Shown here piece after piece: positions 28,351 to 42,100 of a stretch of 64,000 nt of DNA. A program made the position numbers and the translations under genes. The stretch is taken from assembly GCA_905331295.1 (NCBI GenBank), contig CAJNYD010000214.1, forward strand, positions 1-64,000, written 5' to 3'. The notes under the pieces were generated by a model, which saw nothing but the letters and a program-made list of their open reading frames with translations, made no database searches and was not told the origin of the DNA. The stretch's first letter is position 1, and every line of letters begins with the position of its first letter. Origin of the DNA: Rotaria socialis (taxonomy: Eukaryota).

Positions 28351-31300
28351 TTAAAGTTGGCTTTTCTAAAAGAAAACAGAATTAATATAATGAAAATTCT
28401 TTGTTTTTATTTTAGTTATAAGATTAATTATTAAATAAATGTTAGAGTCAAAAACCAAAACGATAGTATATGAACAGCAACATTACTTTTATTATAATTC
28501 TGTATTTGCTAATAATAACTTAAATTTTTTTTCGCAAATGTGAAACTGAAAAAAATTCATTTTTATACGTACTTTATTATTATGATTTTCTCTAAGATCA
28601 TCTTGAATATCATGAACAGCATCATGAACCGTAGCTGTAACAGTGACCGAACATTCTTCATCCATTTGAAGTTTTTGTAATACGTCATAGTTGTAATCTG
28701 AATAACATGAAAAATGATTCAATTTGATTTATTTTTCGTCATTTACTTACATTTTAATTGACATAAATAAACTTTATACTGACAATCATTAAGTTCTTTG
28801 AGTGCCTGGAGAAAGATTTTCCCACCACTATAATCAATTTGATTAATTGATGAACAATCAATGATAATATGTGTTATACTGCGAAAGCTACGACACATAT
28901 CATTGGCTTCTTGAGGATTATTTTTTCTTTGTTGACCCGTTTTTAAATCAATACCAATGGAATCCAAGAGACTTTCACGGAAAAAGTCTGCATTAAAATA
29001 TATGATCGGAGATTCAAAACGAAAAATTTTGATGTGAGGAATTTCAAAAACCTTCAACGAAAAAAAAAGAAATGTTTTCAAGATTTAATCTTGAAAAATG
29101 CTTTACATTTGAGAAACGTCTCGCTTTTTTTTTTGCATTACTACGATCATATTGACCGAGAATTGTTGTACGAGGTCTAAAATAAAAAATTTTATAATAG
29201 GAATGAAAATAAGACAAGAACAAACCGAAATTGTCGAAGAATAACAACAAAAAGTGATACGATAATACCAACAAATAGACCATAATCTACATCAAGTATA
29301 ACCGTACTTAAAAATGTCATCAACCAAACAACCTACAAAAACATTTAATATAACTTAACAATATAGTAATCATTTTCTAATTATTTACTGCTTCAAGTTT
29401 TGTCACACGACCAATTGTATAAAAATCTTTCATCTGTAACAATAAGCCTTTTAGTGCAACAACGATAATTGATGCTAAACATGCCTAGAAGCATAAATAA
29501 TAATCATATACTGCATAGTAAGTGTCAAATCAATTACTTTAGGTAATGATTCAAATAAGGATCCAATTCTTAGAATAATAATAAGTAAAAAGGAACAAGC
29601 GACTAGACTAGCCATCTATAATAAAAACAATCGATAAAATAAAAGAAGAAATAAAAAAGTTTAATACTTGTGTTCGACCACCAGCATTAACATAAACACT
29701 TGTACGAGATAAAGAAGCAGCACTGGCAAACGAAGCAAAAAACGAACCAATTATCTAAGATAAAAAAATTACTATCGAATCAACATTGCCAACCCTCTAC
29801 TGACAACTTACATTGCATGCTCCATAAGCAGTTAATTCTTGATTGGAATTAACTGTATATTTAAACTTTTTTGCATATGTTTTTGCTAATGACATGCAAA
29901 TAGCAAATGCAACAATAGCAATGATAACTGCATCTTTCATTAGCGTAGGCATAAGTGTTACCGATGGACCTTGTGGTTTACGAAACCTAATAAATAATAA
30001 TAATAATAATAAAAGTTATGAATCAACAAAATTCTTTTGTTAAACTTACCCACGACCAATTGTATTCACAATTTTCACTTTATAATTACCATTTAAATCA
30101 AGTAAATAAGAAACAAGTGTACCGATAATAATCTAAGAAAATAATTTCAAAAAAAAATTTAAATAAATACTTCTCATTCTCTTGTTTACATACAATAATC
30201 AATTCCATCGGAATAGGTACTTGAACATTTTTAAAAAGTTTGAATTTTTTTATTTTTTTCTTATAAAATGGATCGAGATATTCTTTGACAAGAACAAGAG
30301 CTATTATTGAACATGCAGATACAAGTAATGTAACAAGATTGGTGTTTTTAAGATTACTAAATATTTCAATATATGTCTAAATCATTAAAAAATTAATTAA
30401 TCGAAATTAATAAATAAACAAATAAATTCTTACATAAATAACATTGAATGGTCCAACATATCGTTTCAGCGATAAACCAAATATATCAGGTACCTGAGAA
30501 GTAAATACTAATATAGCAGTTCCACATGTATAACCACTAACGAATGTATCGGACAGAAATGAAGTAACAAATCCAAGATGAAAAATAGATAAAAGTAGCT
30601 AGAAATAGAGAGAATATTTCATATTGTTGATTAGTTTTTTATTTTCTAATTAAATTACTTGTACGATTCCAACCATAAATGCTAAGGTGGTTGCAATAGT
30701 TATCGCATATGATGGATCGATTATAGCATCATTTGATGCACTTTCAATTGCACTCTTGTTTAATAAACTTGGAATCATAGTTGTAAATGTTTCTTTGACG
30801 GTTAAGCGATTCACAACATTGCCTGTCATTAAGCTAATGACTGCGATAGCACCTAAAATAAAATATCTCTTCTATTATTAGAACAAACATAAACAAAATA
30901 GTCTAACCCATTGATAAATGTCTTGATGTACCAAATAAAGCATAAATCAATGATGAAAAGAATGAAACATACAATCCTTGAGAAGACAACGGTCATTTTT
31001 TAAATCTAATTTTAGAAGAAAAAGTGACTACCTGTTATTGCCGGTAAACGAGCTAATAAAGCATAACCCATTCCTTGTGGAATTAGCATGATCGCAACCT
31101 TAGTAAAACAGATAGATAAATATTAATCAAGTGATCAAAATAGAGTAATACTGTGATTCCGCAAACAATATCATTTGGTAGCCAAGCCAGTTCATAAGCT
31201 TTTAACCATGACAGAAACGGAAACAATAATTTGATATAGGATATTCCACATTTTTTTGAAGGTAAACATTTATTTTGTACATATGAACAGATTTGACGAA

Positions 31301-31457
31301 ATAAAACTGACGATGTTCGATCTTCATATGTTGTTGGAAAAAATACGTGATCAAATGATTTTTCCGCTGTAAATTGATCATCAATGTTAATATTATGACT
31401 ATTATTACTGGTTATTGTGTCAGAATTTTCATTTTGCTCGCCTGGAAGGCCCAGCAT
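28351..31457 (-). CDS. SLC26 family anion transporter (sulfate transporter + STAS domain)
   Basis: DIVCGITVAIMLIPQGMGYALLA, FGTSRHLSMG, NQELTAYGACN, SLSRTSV...GGRTQ and STAS FRFESPIIYFNA...IIIDCSSINQIDYSG. Predicted last micro-exon KSQL-stop at 28351-28365. Confidence 0.92.
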
Positions 31458-33180
31458 GTCTAAATGAAATCCAGTAAATTATTTTACACAGATACTATGT
31501 ATCAGGTAGGCATTCATAATGTAATACGTTTATGCAGGTTATGTTGTCAAAAAAAACAGAATTAGGAGACCATAATAAACCTAAACTATATGTTTGCTAC
31601 CGTCAGATAAACCTATTTTATGTTTATGAGCGTTCTTTAAGCGGTCATAAACTCCTTCTTTTCATATAAACTTTAGCAAAGGTTTGTGACCGATTGTAAA
31701 GTCATACGCGCATGTAGTATGTTTTTTTGTGTTCAGGGATTTCTTTTGAGTATGTTAGTGAAATAAATATTCAGACGAAAATTTCATTATTGCATGTTAC
31801 AAACACAAAATGAAATAATAAAACGTTTCGCCCGAAGGCCTATTCTGCTCATAAATTTAAAACAATGTTAATGTACACACAACAGAAAACATTACAAACG
31901 TATATAAATCTGCAGTCAATCACAAACGTTTTTCAAGGCTTACCAAATAAAAAGAGGTTATCTATTGGTAACAGGAGTATAATGTTTCGTTCTTATATTA
32001 TAGAGCTATTATACAAAATGTCGATTTCTCACAAATAGTCTACAATTTACTTCTATTTTCTTGCAGTTACAATCATGACAGGAATACATTTTTGTTATGG
32101 TTGAGCGCTCACTACTAGCACGTCATAAAAACAACTACAATGTAATGCCTTGAGGTTGGTTTATGATGTACCCATTAAAAGTAGGGTATCAGATACATTT
32201 TGTATTCCTAACCTGATGATGTAAACAGTTAGTAAAAAAAAGAACATCAATATTTCCGCGAACTTTAGTTGTTTCGCTATTTAACTTTAATTAAAAAATA
32301 TCTGAAAGTGCCTATACCTAGAAAACATAATAAAATTATTAAATGATAAAAGAAATATATTGAGTAAAAATAATATGATTTTTCTTAATTTTAATATACC
32401 AATTGGAAATATTCAGTATTTCACGAACAATTATATTTCATTCATTTCTATTTTAAGCAAAAAAACGGTTAGATTATTATCGTTGATGTTCTTCTCAAGA
32501 ATAGATTAAAATTTAACATGTTATGATTAATTATCATCATGTACTATAATGTATAATATATGAACTAAAGTTAGATGATTCATAAATACTACTGAATCAA
32601 TTGGAGGATAATATTGGCACTTGTGTTTTAATTACCGTATATTCTCATTTCTTGAGTGAAAATGCTGGATTAGATAAATATTGAAAATTTTCAATTTCAT
32701 AATAAAATAAGATAAAAAGATTAAGAATGATATTATTTATACTAAAACTATTTTTCTTGCCAATTACTAAAGATATATTAATTGAACATCTTGTACGCAA
32801 TTTTTTCTTGAATCTTTTTATTCTCAGTCTATCTTACAGTGACATCATGTCGATAGAGGGAATGGAAAAGTTATTATCAAATCAAAATAAAACTGTATTA
32901 GATCCTTAATCAAGTAATTATCAGTAGTTCTAACTATTCAAAAAATGAGTACACAATTCATGGATAAACTTTCTGATGAGAGAATTTGCGAATTCGATTA
33001 CTATCAAAATGCATAGGCAGTACAAAAAGTGTAAATATAACGAGGTCGCCAAGCAACATAACGAAAAAAAAACGATGGAATGGATCATGGAAGAAAGAGA
33101 AATTTAAAAGAAAAGCCTATTCACGCAGCCATATACAAACGCATGTCAAATAAAACTTTCAAACTTAATATACGAAAGGA

Positions 33181-36100
33181 ATGAAAGACGTTGAAGACGA
33201 AAGTATATTCAAAGAATTGGTAAGTGTTAATAATATTAACTTCTTATGTTAGTAGAAGAGAAAAAAAACAGATATTAACTTACCATTTAATTTTTTTAAT
33301 ACTGTTCTTGTTCAAAATTTCAATGTTTTGCACGTCTATGTGAAGTTTAAATGGCATAAAAAATCTTCTTATTTAAATAATGGACACTTAAGTTATGTAA
33401 AGCCAAATCTTAATATTTTTTTGTGTTTCTTGATATGGTATACGTAGATATTTCTTCCCTATCTCAATCGTTATTCTATCATTCTCAATGAAGCATAAAG
33501 CAAGCGAGTTGAAAAGAAACTAAGACTTTTTAATAGAAATGACAGAATCTAGTTGATGTCTCGTTTTTTTCTGTAAGAGAGCATATAAACACCGGTTTCT
33601 TTTATATTTCATCGGTAATGATGAAACAGAACTGCTAGCCTATTTTTATTTAAGGAAGTAAAACAAAATAACTAACTTTACTGCATGCGTTCAAGAAAAG
33701 TGTTTATTTTGTTTTTGTTTGACTAAGGCCAAGCAAAGTGAAGTAACATAAACTGAGCTGCATTCTTTAAAACTTGATGTTAATAGTCTGATTTCATGTA
33801 TTCATACTATAAGTTAAAATGTGTGACATGTGTCGTGAATTGTGACACAATGTACGACACATTCGAGTGCAACATATTATCTCCAGCGGTGGCACAACAC
33901 ATTTTGTGCGACACATGCGATACATTCTGAAAATGTTATTTTTTTGAACCAGCTAGCGAGAATTTTGTTTTTATTTTCATCAAAAAGATCATGATAATTT
34001 TTTCGATTTTGGCCTATTTGAACAGTTTCATTTCTGAAAACTCAAACAGGTCAGATCTTGAGATCTGGCTGTCTTCGAGTCGGTCGGGTTTTTACCAGAC
34101 CATTTTCGGGTAGTCCCATCTCAATCAATGACAAAGATAGGCACTCTCTCGGCTAATTATTAATCGAGAAATAATCTAAAAAATATTTAAATGAAAATAC
34201 ATAACTTTCCTATATTCAATCGAGTTCTCTATAGAGAGCCTTTTTTACGCAAAAGAAAAGAGTGAATCGATAGTCGACACACAGAACGAGACAAATTTTT
34301 TAGCGGCACTTTCTGATGCGACATATTTTCGACACTATTACTCGCAACACATATATGCGACACATTTTAATTTGGAGTGTTGATAATAGTACAGCATTTA
34401 TTACTATTTTCAAAGCCATATCTTCATGAAAAATCAAACTGTGAAGTACATTATCAACGAATAGCACATATTATTTTTTGATACTTTTCCTAAAGCTATA
34501 GCTATTTTAATTTTTTTTAGCTCTATTAGAAGATCATATCTACATTTTTTTTCAAGATATACTCCAATACCATACTTCTAATGATTAGTTTGTTTTACGC
34601 TTCACTGGTCACAGTAGCACATGCTTTTGAACAGTTCCGTAGCCAACTCTCCCTAGAAGAACCCCCAGGGAGTCACCTGGCGAATCCCCGGGAGTTGTCT
34701 GGGGAAAATGAATGAAGCATCTAATTACTATTAAATTTTTCTTAATTTTTTTAAATTTAAAAAAATGAAAGTCTTTTTTTATTTAGATATTTTATCAATT
34801 CTCCCCGGAGAAATCCCCAGGGAGTCCTTCAAATAAAAAGTCCCCGGGGACACACGACAAGGACTTCCCAGGGATTTCGTCATTTTGCGGGGACTCTCAG
34901 GGAGACGTCTGGAGAGAGTGCATTAGAGTTACCTCAGTACCACACTTATGACTTTTATAGTCATCTCAAAGAAGTATATGTAAGGCTTCGAGTACTACTT
35001 GAAGAACGTAACTTTCAGATTGCACGATTTTAATGACAATTTTTTGATACTAAATACTCGTTGATTTCTATGAGCTAACGAATAATTCGCTACTCGATAT
35101 TTGCGATGGAAAGACTTATTGGCTTCTGTTGTATTAAAAAAAAGTGAACTCAAGATATGCAATAAAAACGAAGAGCTGAAGCTGAAGTACGAAGATAAGC
35201 TCAGGATGGCAGAAAAAGAAATGCAAAACACTCGGTATATACCAGCACCTACCTGTGTAACAGTTGGCATTGAACATGCTCATTAATAGTAGTGACGGAT
35301 TCTGTTCTGATAGTGTATACATGGACTCTAAAGTGTCAAATCTATGACAGTAAATTAACTTTCAAAAACTTTAAGCACTATGTTCATGTACACATGCAAC
35401 GCCAAATTCACTACTTTTAGACAATTCTTAAAAAAATTCAAATATGACCTTAAATAAAACCAATTGGTAATGAAGTTAGGAGCTGTATTAATTATCACGT
35501 TTATATGTAATGTAATAACAGCTGTGAAAATATTTTAATAATTCAAATTTAAATAAAGATAAAATTTTATCCATCCCATATCCGTAATATTTCATAGACT
35601 TCTAATATATTATTTAACATTGAGAATAATTTTAATATTTTATTCCTAATTATTCTATAGCAAAATTCATTGAACTCAACATCTAATAATATATTCTTAT
35701 TAAGGCGATATGGGATCAAACGAACGCGATCATCAAAGAATGAAGAGAGAGGGAGAGAGAAATAGGATGGTATACATGACTTTATAGTAAAATTATACAT
35801 ATATGCCATATACAAAAAAAAGAACAAGGTGATTCATTAAGGAAAATCCTTTTCAGAAATCCCCGTTTAGCATGGATATAGTATACAACCTTCAATTTGT
35901 TTTGTTTTCTGCCTATAAAATCATACTACAAGAGTATAGAGTCTCGTAGGTGCATGTTCATAAGATTGACTTATGTGATGTAGTAAAATATAGTATTCGA
36001 ACAATAAATAGAGAAGGTCACACTATTGTATAGGTATATATACATTTTTCTGTTTTTTCTTCGGATAGACAAAACAAGTCTATGATATCAATTTTCTTTG

Positions 36101-39100
36101 TTTAGTGTGAAGCTAATGGAATCAATCACGAAGCGTTGATGCGTAATCATGGTGGGGTCGATCCATATATTGAAGTTCTTGAAGTATTTTTCTCTGGTTT
36201 ACCTCGCCTCATCAGTCTTAAACCATTTCCAAATCTACTTAAACTTGTGATTGTAAATCAAACTATTGAACGTATCGAAGGTTTAGATGCCTGTAACAGT
36301 TTACAAGAACTCTGGATTACTGAATGTAAACTTCAAGTATGTACTTACCTTGATTTGTTTTGTGTTTTATATTTTTCGTTTGTGAATGTATTTTTATGGT
36401 ATTCATGGTAGAACAAAAATCGATAATATGTGTGTCGTATTCGTTCGTAGAAATTTATGCTAGAATAGACAAAAAATAACGATTGCACCTATATACACTC
36501 TTACATGATTTGCATACAAAAAAATAATATTTCGACAATCGTGATAAAATAAAGACTCGAAAAATTTTGAGAAAGAACATGAATAGCATTTCGATCAGTC
36601 CGATTAAACAAATATGCTTGAAGGGCATACGTATATTGTCTTTATTATTTTTCTAGCAAATTGAAGGTCTTAGTGGATGCACCAAACTTCAACGTTTATA
36701 TTTGTACGCCAACTCAATAAAAACAATTGAAAATCTCAATGGATTAAAACGTCTTGAGTATTTATGGCTTAACGAAAATTTGATTACGAAAATTGAAGTA
36801 GCTATTCTTTACTTTTTTTAATTTTAACACTGCTCTGCTTTCTATTGAACATGCAAGGGTTTATCCGGTGCAAAAAATCTGAAAGAACTAAACCTTGCTT
36901 CAAATCAAATAAGGTTTATTGGTAAGTGCTTTTATTTTTATTTTCTTCTAAGTTAAATAAATATCAAATTTCTAGGTACGTCACTTGCCGAAAATACTGA
37001 ACTAGATACACTAAATCTTGCCGATAATAAAATTAGCTCTTTTCAAGTAAATATTTCTCTGAAAACTAAATGTCACGTTTGCAATGGAAATAAAATGTTT
37101 TATTAAAGGATATTACTATATTGACAATGTTACCAAAATTGCGCAATATTGCTTTCAGTGATCCAGTTTATGGAGGTAAAAATCCTGTGGCTTCCATGGC
37201 AAATTATCATGTTCATATTTTGTATCATTTACCACAACTTGAATATATTGATGGACTGCATATTTCTACAAGACAAGTTGCTGAACAAGCTGAAGTAAGT
37301 CCAGAATTTCTACACAAAAATAATCATTAGTTCAATAAAGCCGTATAGAGTCTTCTCTGAGGATAATTATTATGATTATTATTCTTAGGCTACAGTAACT
37401 AAAAAGAAAATGTGGTATCATATGAAATCTAAAACATTAGAACGAGAATACGATGAATTTCAAGCACGTCTTCAACAATTGAGAAAAAAGAATGAACAGG
37501 TTCCTGAAGAACATTTACGTTTATTACGCAAATGCGTTCAGCGTTTAAAGCAAGAATTAAAATTACCAGAAACGAATTATCAAACGCGTGCTGCTGCTGG
37601 CGATGTAGGTATCATTTACTGTCTTGTTAAAGTTGGAGACATGTTTTTACTTCAATTTAGCATAACGAACATGAACGATTCGAAAAACAAATTGAAATTA
37701 TGCGACATCGATTAGTTGTTTGGGAAAATATTTTAAACAAGTAATAATTCATTAATTTGATTCATACCAATTCTATGTGTCCCTAGGCAAAATAAAATTA
37801 TTCTATTCATTGAAATATCTAGAATTTAAAAATAACAGATCACTAATTCATTGTTTTCTAAATTTAATCTAGTCTTGCCTCTCAATATGAAACTGCTAAT
37901 TTTATTTTACTACAACAAAAAGCTCAACTTGCATCTCGCATTCAATTAGAGTTGATTAGTGGTGGAAATATTCGTTTTGAAGAAGGAAATGTGAATGATG
38001 TTTGGTAAATAAACGAGATATATTCGTTGTTATCTAATTTATATAAAATCGTATTTGAAGGTTTAATGCTGCTAAAGATTTACTTCTTTCACGTTTCTGT
38101 TCATCGATTTATAGTCGTTACAATATAACTGGTATTAAAATACATTGTATAACACGTTTATTTAATCGACCGAAGAAACTGCAATTTGATCATAATCTTG
38201 ATTTTGTTCTTGAAGAAGAAGATGATCCTATTAAGTATAAAATACATTAATACAATGACGATAAAACTCGTTATCTAATGAATTTTTCTTCTAGAACAAA
38301 ATCAATTCAATCAAAACTTGAATATTTATTCTATTGTACACAACCATCACGTCGTACTCAAAATGATCATATGCATCAATTTACAACGATAGAATCAATT
38401 TCTGAGCATGGCTTTCCCAGTGCTGAATTATACAAAGTTTGTTTATTAGTTTTTTTTTCTGTACGCTGAACCAATGTTATCTTTTGCCATTAGCAATTGG
38501 ATCAAGATGATGCTATACCTTTTTCAAATTCACTAGCCGTAAGTGATTATCTTCGAATTGAGCAAGCTGGTTTTCAGAATCGTGATAAATATCGTTTCGG
38601 TGAATTAAATTAATTCTAATAATAATTTATTTTTCATTGTAAATTCTATGTACAGGAAGTGTTCTTATGGCTAAAGTATATATTGGTTCATCGATAGCGA
38701 CACCAGCAAAAGAGTGAGTTGTTATCATTATCATAATGATAGACTCGAAGTGATTATTTTTTTTAGATTGCCATTTCCTGAATACACAGCAGATCCTAAG
38801 TAAGTTGTTTATCGAATAATACTAAACTCTCTCTCTCTCTCTCTCTCTCTGTGTCTCTTGAAATTGACTTTAGGTTTTTTTATTTTCAATCTAGAATAAA
38901 ATGCATTCACTTCATTACAGAGTCTATATTATAGATGATGCATATATAACTAGAGAATTTATTTTAAATAAGTTAAATAGTACCCTGAACCTCAATGCAG
39001 AAATTAACTATTGAACGAAAAAAAACTTTTTTTGTATTTTTATGACTATGAATTTGAATTTTACAACATATGTGTCACTTTAGAAATGTAGAGAACTATG

Positions 39101-42100
39101 ATTAGTTGCTTCTTCGATCGTTCCAATCAGAGAGGAGTTTTGTTTTAGAATGATTCTACTCTTTCTGAGTTTTTGCATGTCACTATTTTCCGAACGATTA
39201 AAGGAAACTCAATGAACTACTTCATAATAATAGATTAGGAGAGTTCTTGAATTATCAGACTCATGATGAGGCGATATTGTGGCAGATGATAACTCACACG
39301 AACAAGAGTACGCTGACCTCATTGGTCTACCTAATTAAAATCATATGTCCCAGATAAACTTCACATAATTTGTCTTAACAGTTGATGAGATACTTTTAGT
39401 CAGTTATCTAGTGAAGATCAATAATGCTAGTTCTATTTAACATTTTGATGGCAGATTTCTTGGAACTAAAAACCCGGATCAGTCCTCTATCACCAAGAAA
39501 ATCATAATTTCAGTTGACTAGCGTCGCTCAATCTAGAATCGTCTTCTACTGAAATTCTTAATTATAATCATTTCTCCACTTCATTTCTTCATAGTTTTAA
39601 TACTAGATCATATTTATTTAGTATAACATCAAAAAACTTTCCAACTCATGCAAGTATCTCTCGGCATGTTAGCTTTCCTGAACGTGCTGTTTCAAAAACA
39701 GGTATGAATAAACAAAGTCAACAGAGAAAGACTTCATTTTCTGTCTGGTAAAACTTAATCTAATAATCAGTTTTACTAAAGCGCATTGTGATTGTGGAGC
39801 TCAACAACAGCAATGGTTTTTATTTGATCCGTTACATGCCTATGCTGAATATATTATTGAATATGAATATTTATTCTCTGTAAGTTAACTATTTTCTATA
39901 GAATTAATCGAATTGTGCGTTGTTTTCTTTTGTAAAAATTCAATCTAGACTGCTAATAAAACGCTCAGTGATCAATTAAGTCGGATAAAACTTGAAAAAG
40001 TTGATGATTCACTTGCAACAACTTACCAAGAAGAAATAAGTCGCGATAGCTTTATTCTACCATCCAAAGATGACGAACTTCCACCAAAAATGTTCGTAAT
40101 TTATTTAGACATTGTTTTTAATTTATGCTTCTGTTTGTTTTTGAATATTATTAGACATGATCTATCTGAAGATAAACTTCTAAAATTAGTAAATGAAACA
40201 AATTTAGCAAATATTGTTGAACTTAATTTAACTTGTTGCAATCTACATTCAATTAAATTACTATCAGAATTAAAAAGTCTTCGCACACTTGATTTAAGCT
40301 TTAATGAATTAGTCAAATTAGATGAATTATGTTATTTTTATTCACTTGAATTTATTGATTTAAGCTATAATAAAATCACAACATTAGATGGCATCAAAGG
40401 ATTAGCAAAATTATTATCATTTATTGCTACACATAATGTTCTGAAGAAGTCATTAGATGAAATATTAACATTGAAACGTTATTGTCCAAGTTTATGTCAT
40501 CTTGATCTTCGTAGAAATCCATTGGATAAAGTAAGAATAATATATACTTGACATTCATGTCTTGTATTAGATAAACTTATTGGAGTCTGCGCAGGAGTAA
40601 ACATAATTAGGGAAAGGAGTTGAAGGAATAGTCTGCTATTTTTCTCATATAGGGGTACAAATGAAAACGAACCAACATAACTAGATTTGATGCTTGTTTC
40701 AAGTATCGATGAATATAAAATTATTTTTATGCGATCGAGACTAGTGGATTTTGCCTTCATTAATATTTTTCATTTGAGAGTTGATGACGAGCATTTTGTC
40801 TCTGAATTAATTTCAAATATTCTGCGAAATTTTTCTTTAGTCTTATGGAAAATGTTGACAGAAAAAGATCTCTTTCTCTTCCTATAGTAGAAGATTTCTT
40901 CACTCCTTATACATCCGAAGACTACAAGCGTGTTCGTTGGGTATATTGAAGAATATCTCATAACAATATGAAAAAGTTTAAAGCGGACTTGCCAGGCTAT
41001 AATGGAATAATGAACATTCTACTCTCGATCTCTAAGTTCTCATAGAAATCTGATTTATAACTTTTGAAAATAATTTCAAGTCGAAATCTTTTAAAGACAA
41101 GCATAGACTACTTTGTTGGTTAGTTAATGTGAGTTGAATGAGAAATACTTGTTTGTTCGAATAGCTGGATTGGCTATTACATATTTCTAAGAAAGAGATG
41201 CCGTGTGTGATTCTCAGTTTCAATTTTTTTAGGCAGAAACTTTTCGACCTCGCGCACTTGCATTAATGCCTACTTTAGTATCAATCGATGGTGTAAATAT
41301 AACTCATAATGAACGTTCAAAAGCTCAACAATGTCAACCAGAACGATCATGTTCGATGGTAGCAAAATATTCTTTAAAACTTCTACAAAAAAAAACATTG
41401 AAATCGTTTAGGAAAATATGATTCTTCATAGTCGAACTCATCCATTTCGTCCACGAGATTTGCGTTGTCATTTTATTTCTAAATACTACGAACTCTATAC
41501 AAATGATCCTCTCGGTATTCATCAACCAAAACTCGATGATATCTATTGGATGTCGGCAGTAACAAGTTTATGTTTAAGTGATGTTTATCTAACAAAACTA
41601 CCCGATTTATCCAATATGATTTGTTTACGTTGGGCAACATTTGATAATAATTGTTTAACACACATTCGAGTAGCTCATTTTTATTCTACCACAAAAATAG
41701 AATTGACGTTGATTTTTCGATTTTCTTAGGGTCTTGAGCAACTTGTTAAATTAGAAGAATTATCAATTCAAAATAATTTTTTAACAATTATTGATGGTAT
41801 TGAAAATTTAACCAGTCTAAGACGTTTAAATCTTTCAAAAAATGAAATAACCGATTTTGACGGACAAATTTTAACTAATCTTACACGATTAACGTATTTA
41901 GCACTTGACCATAATCGATTGCATAGTTTAGCAAAATTAGGTCGATGTTCAACATTAATTGAATTGTACGCTGGAAATAATTTAATAAGGAATATTCGAG
42001 ATATTTTTCATTTAAAAGTAGGAATAGTTTGTTTTTAGAATTCGTTTTGCTGATTTTACTTTGCTAAATTTAGACGCTATCAACTCTACTTATATTAGAT

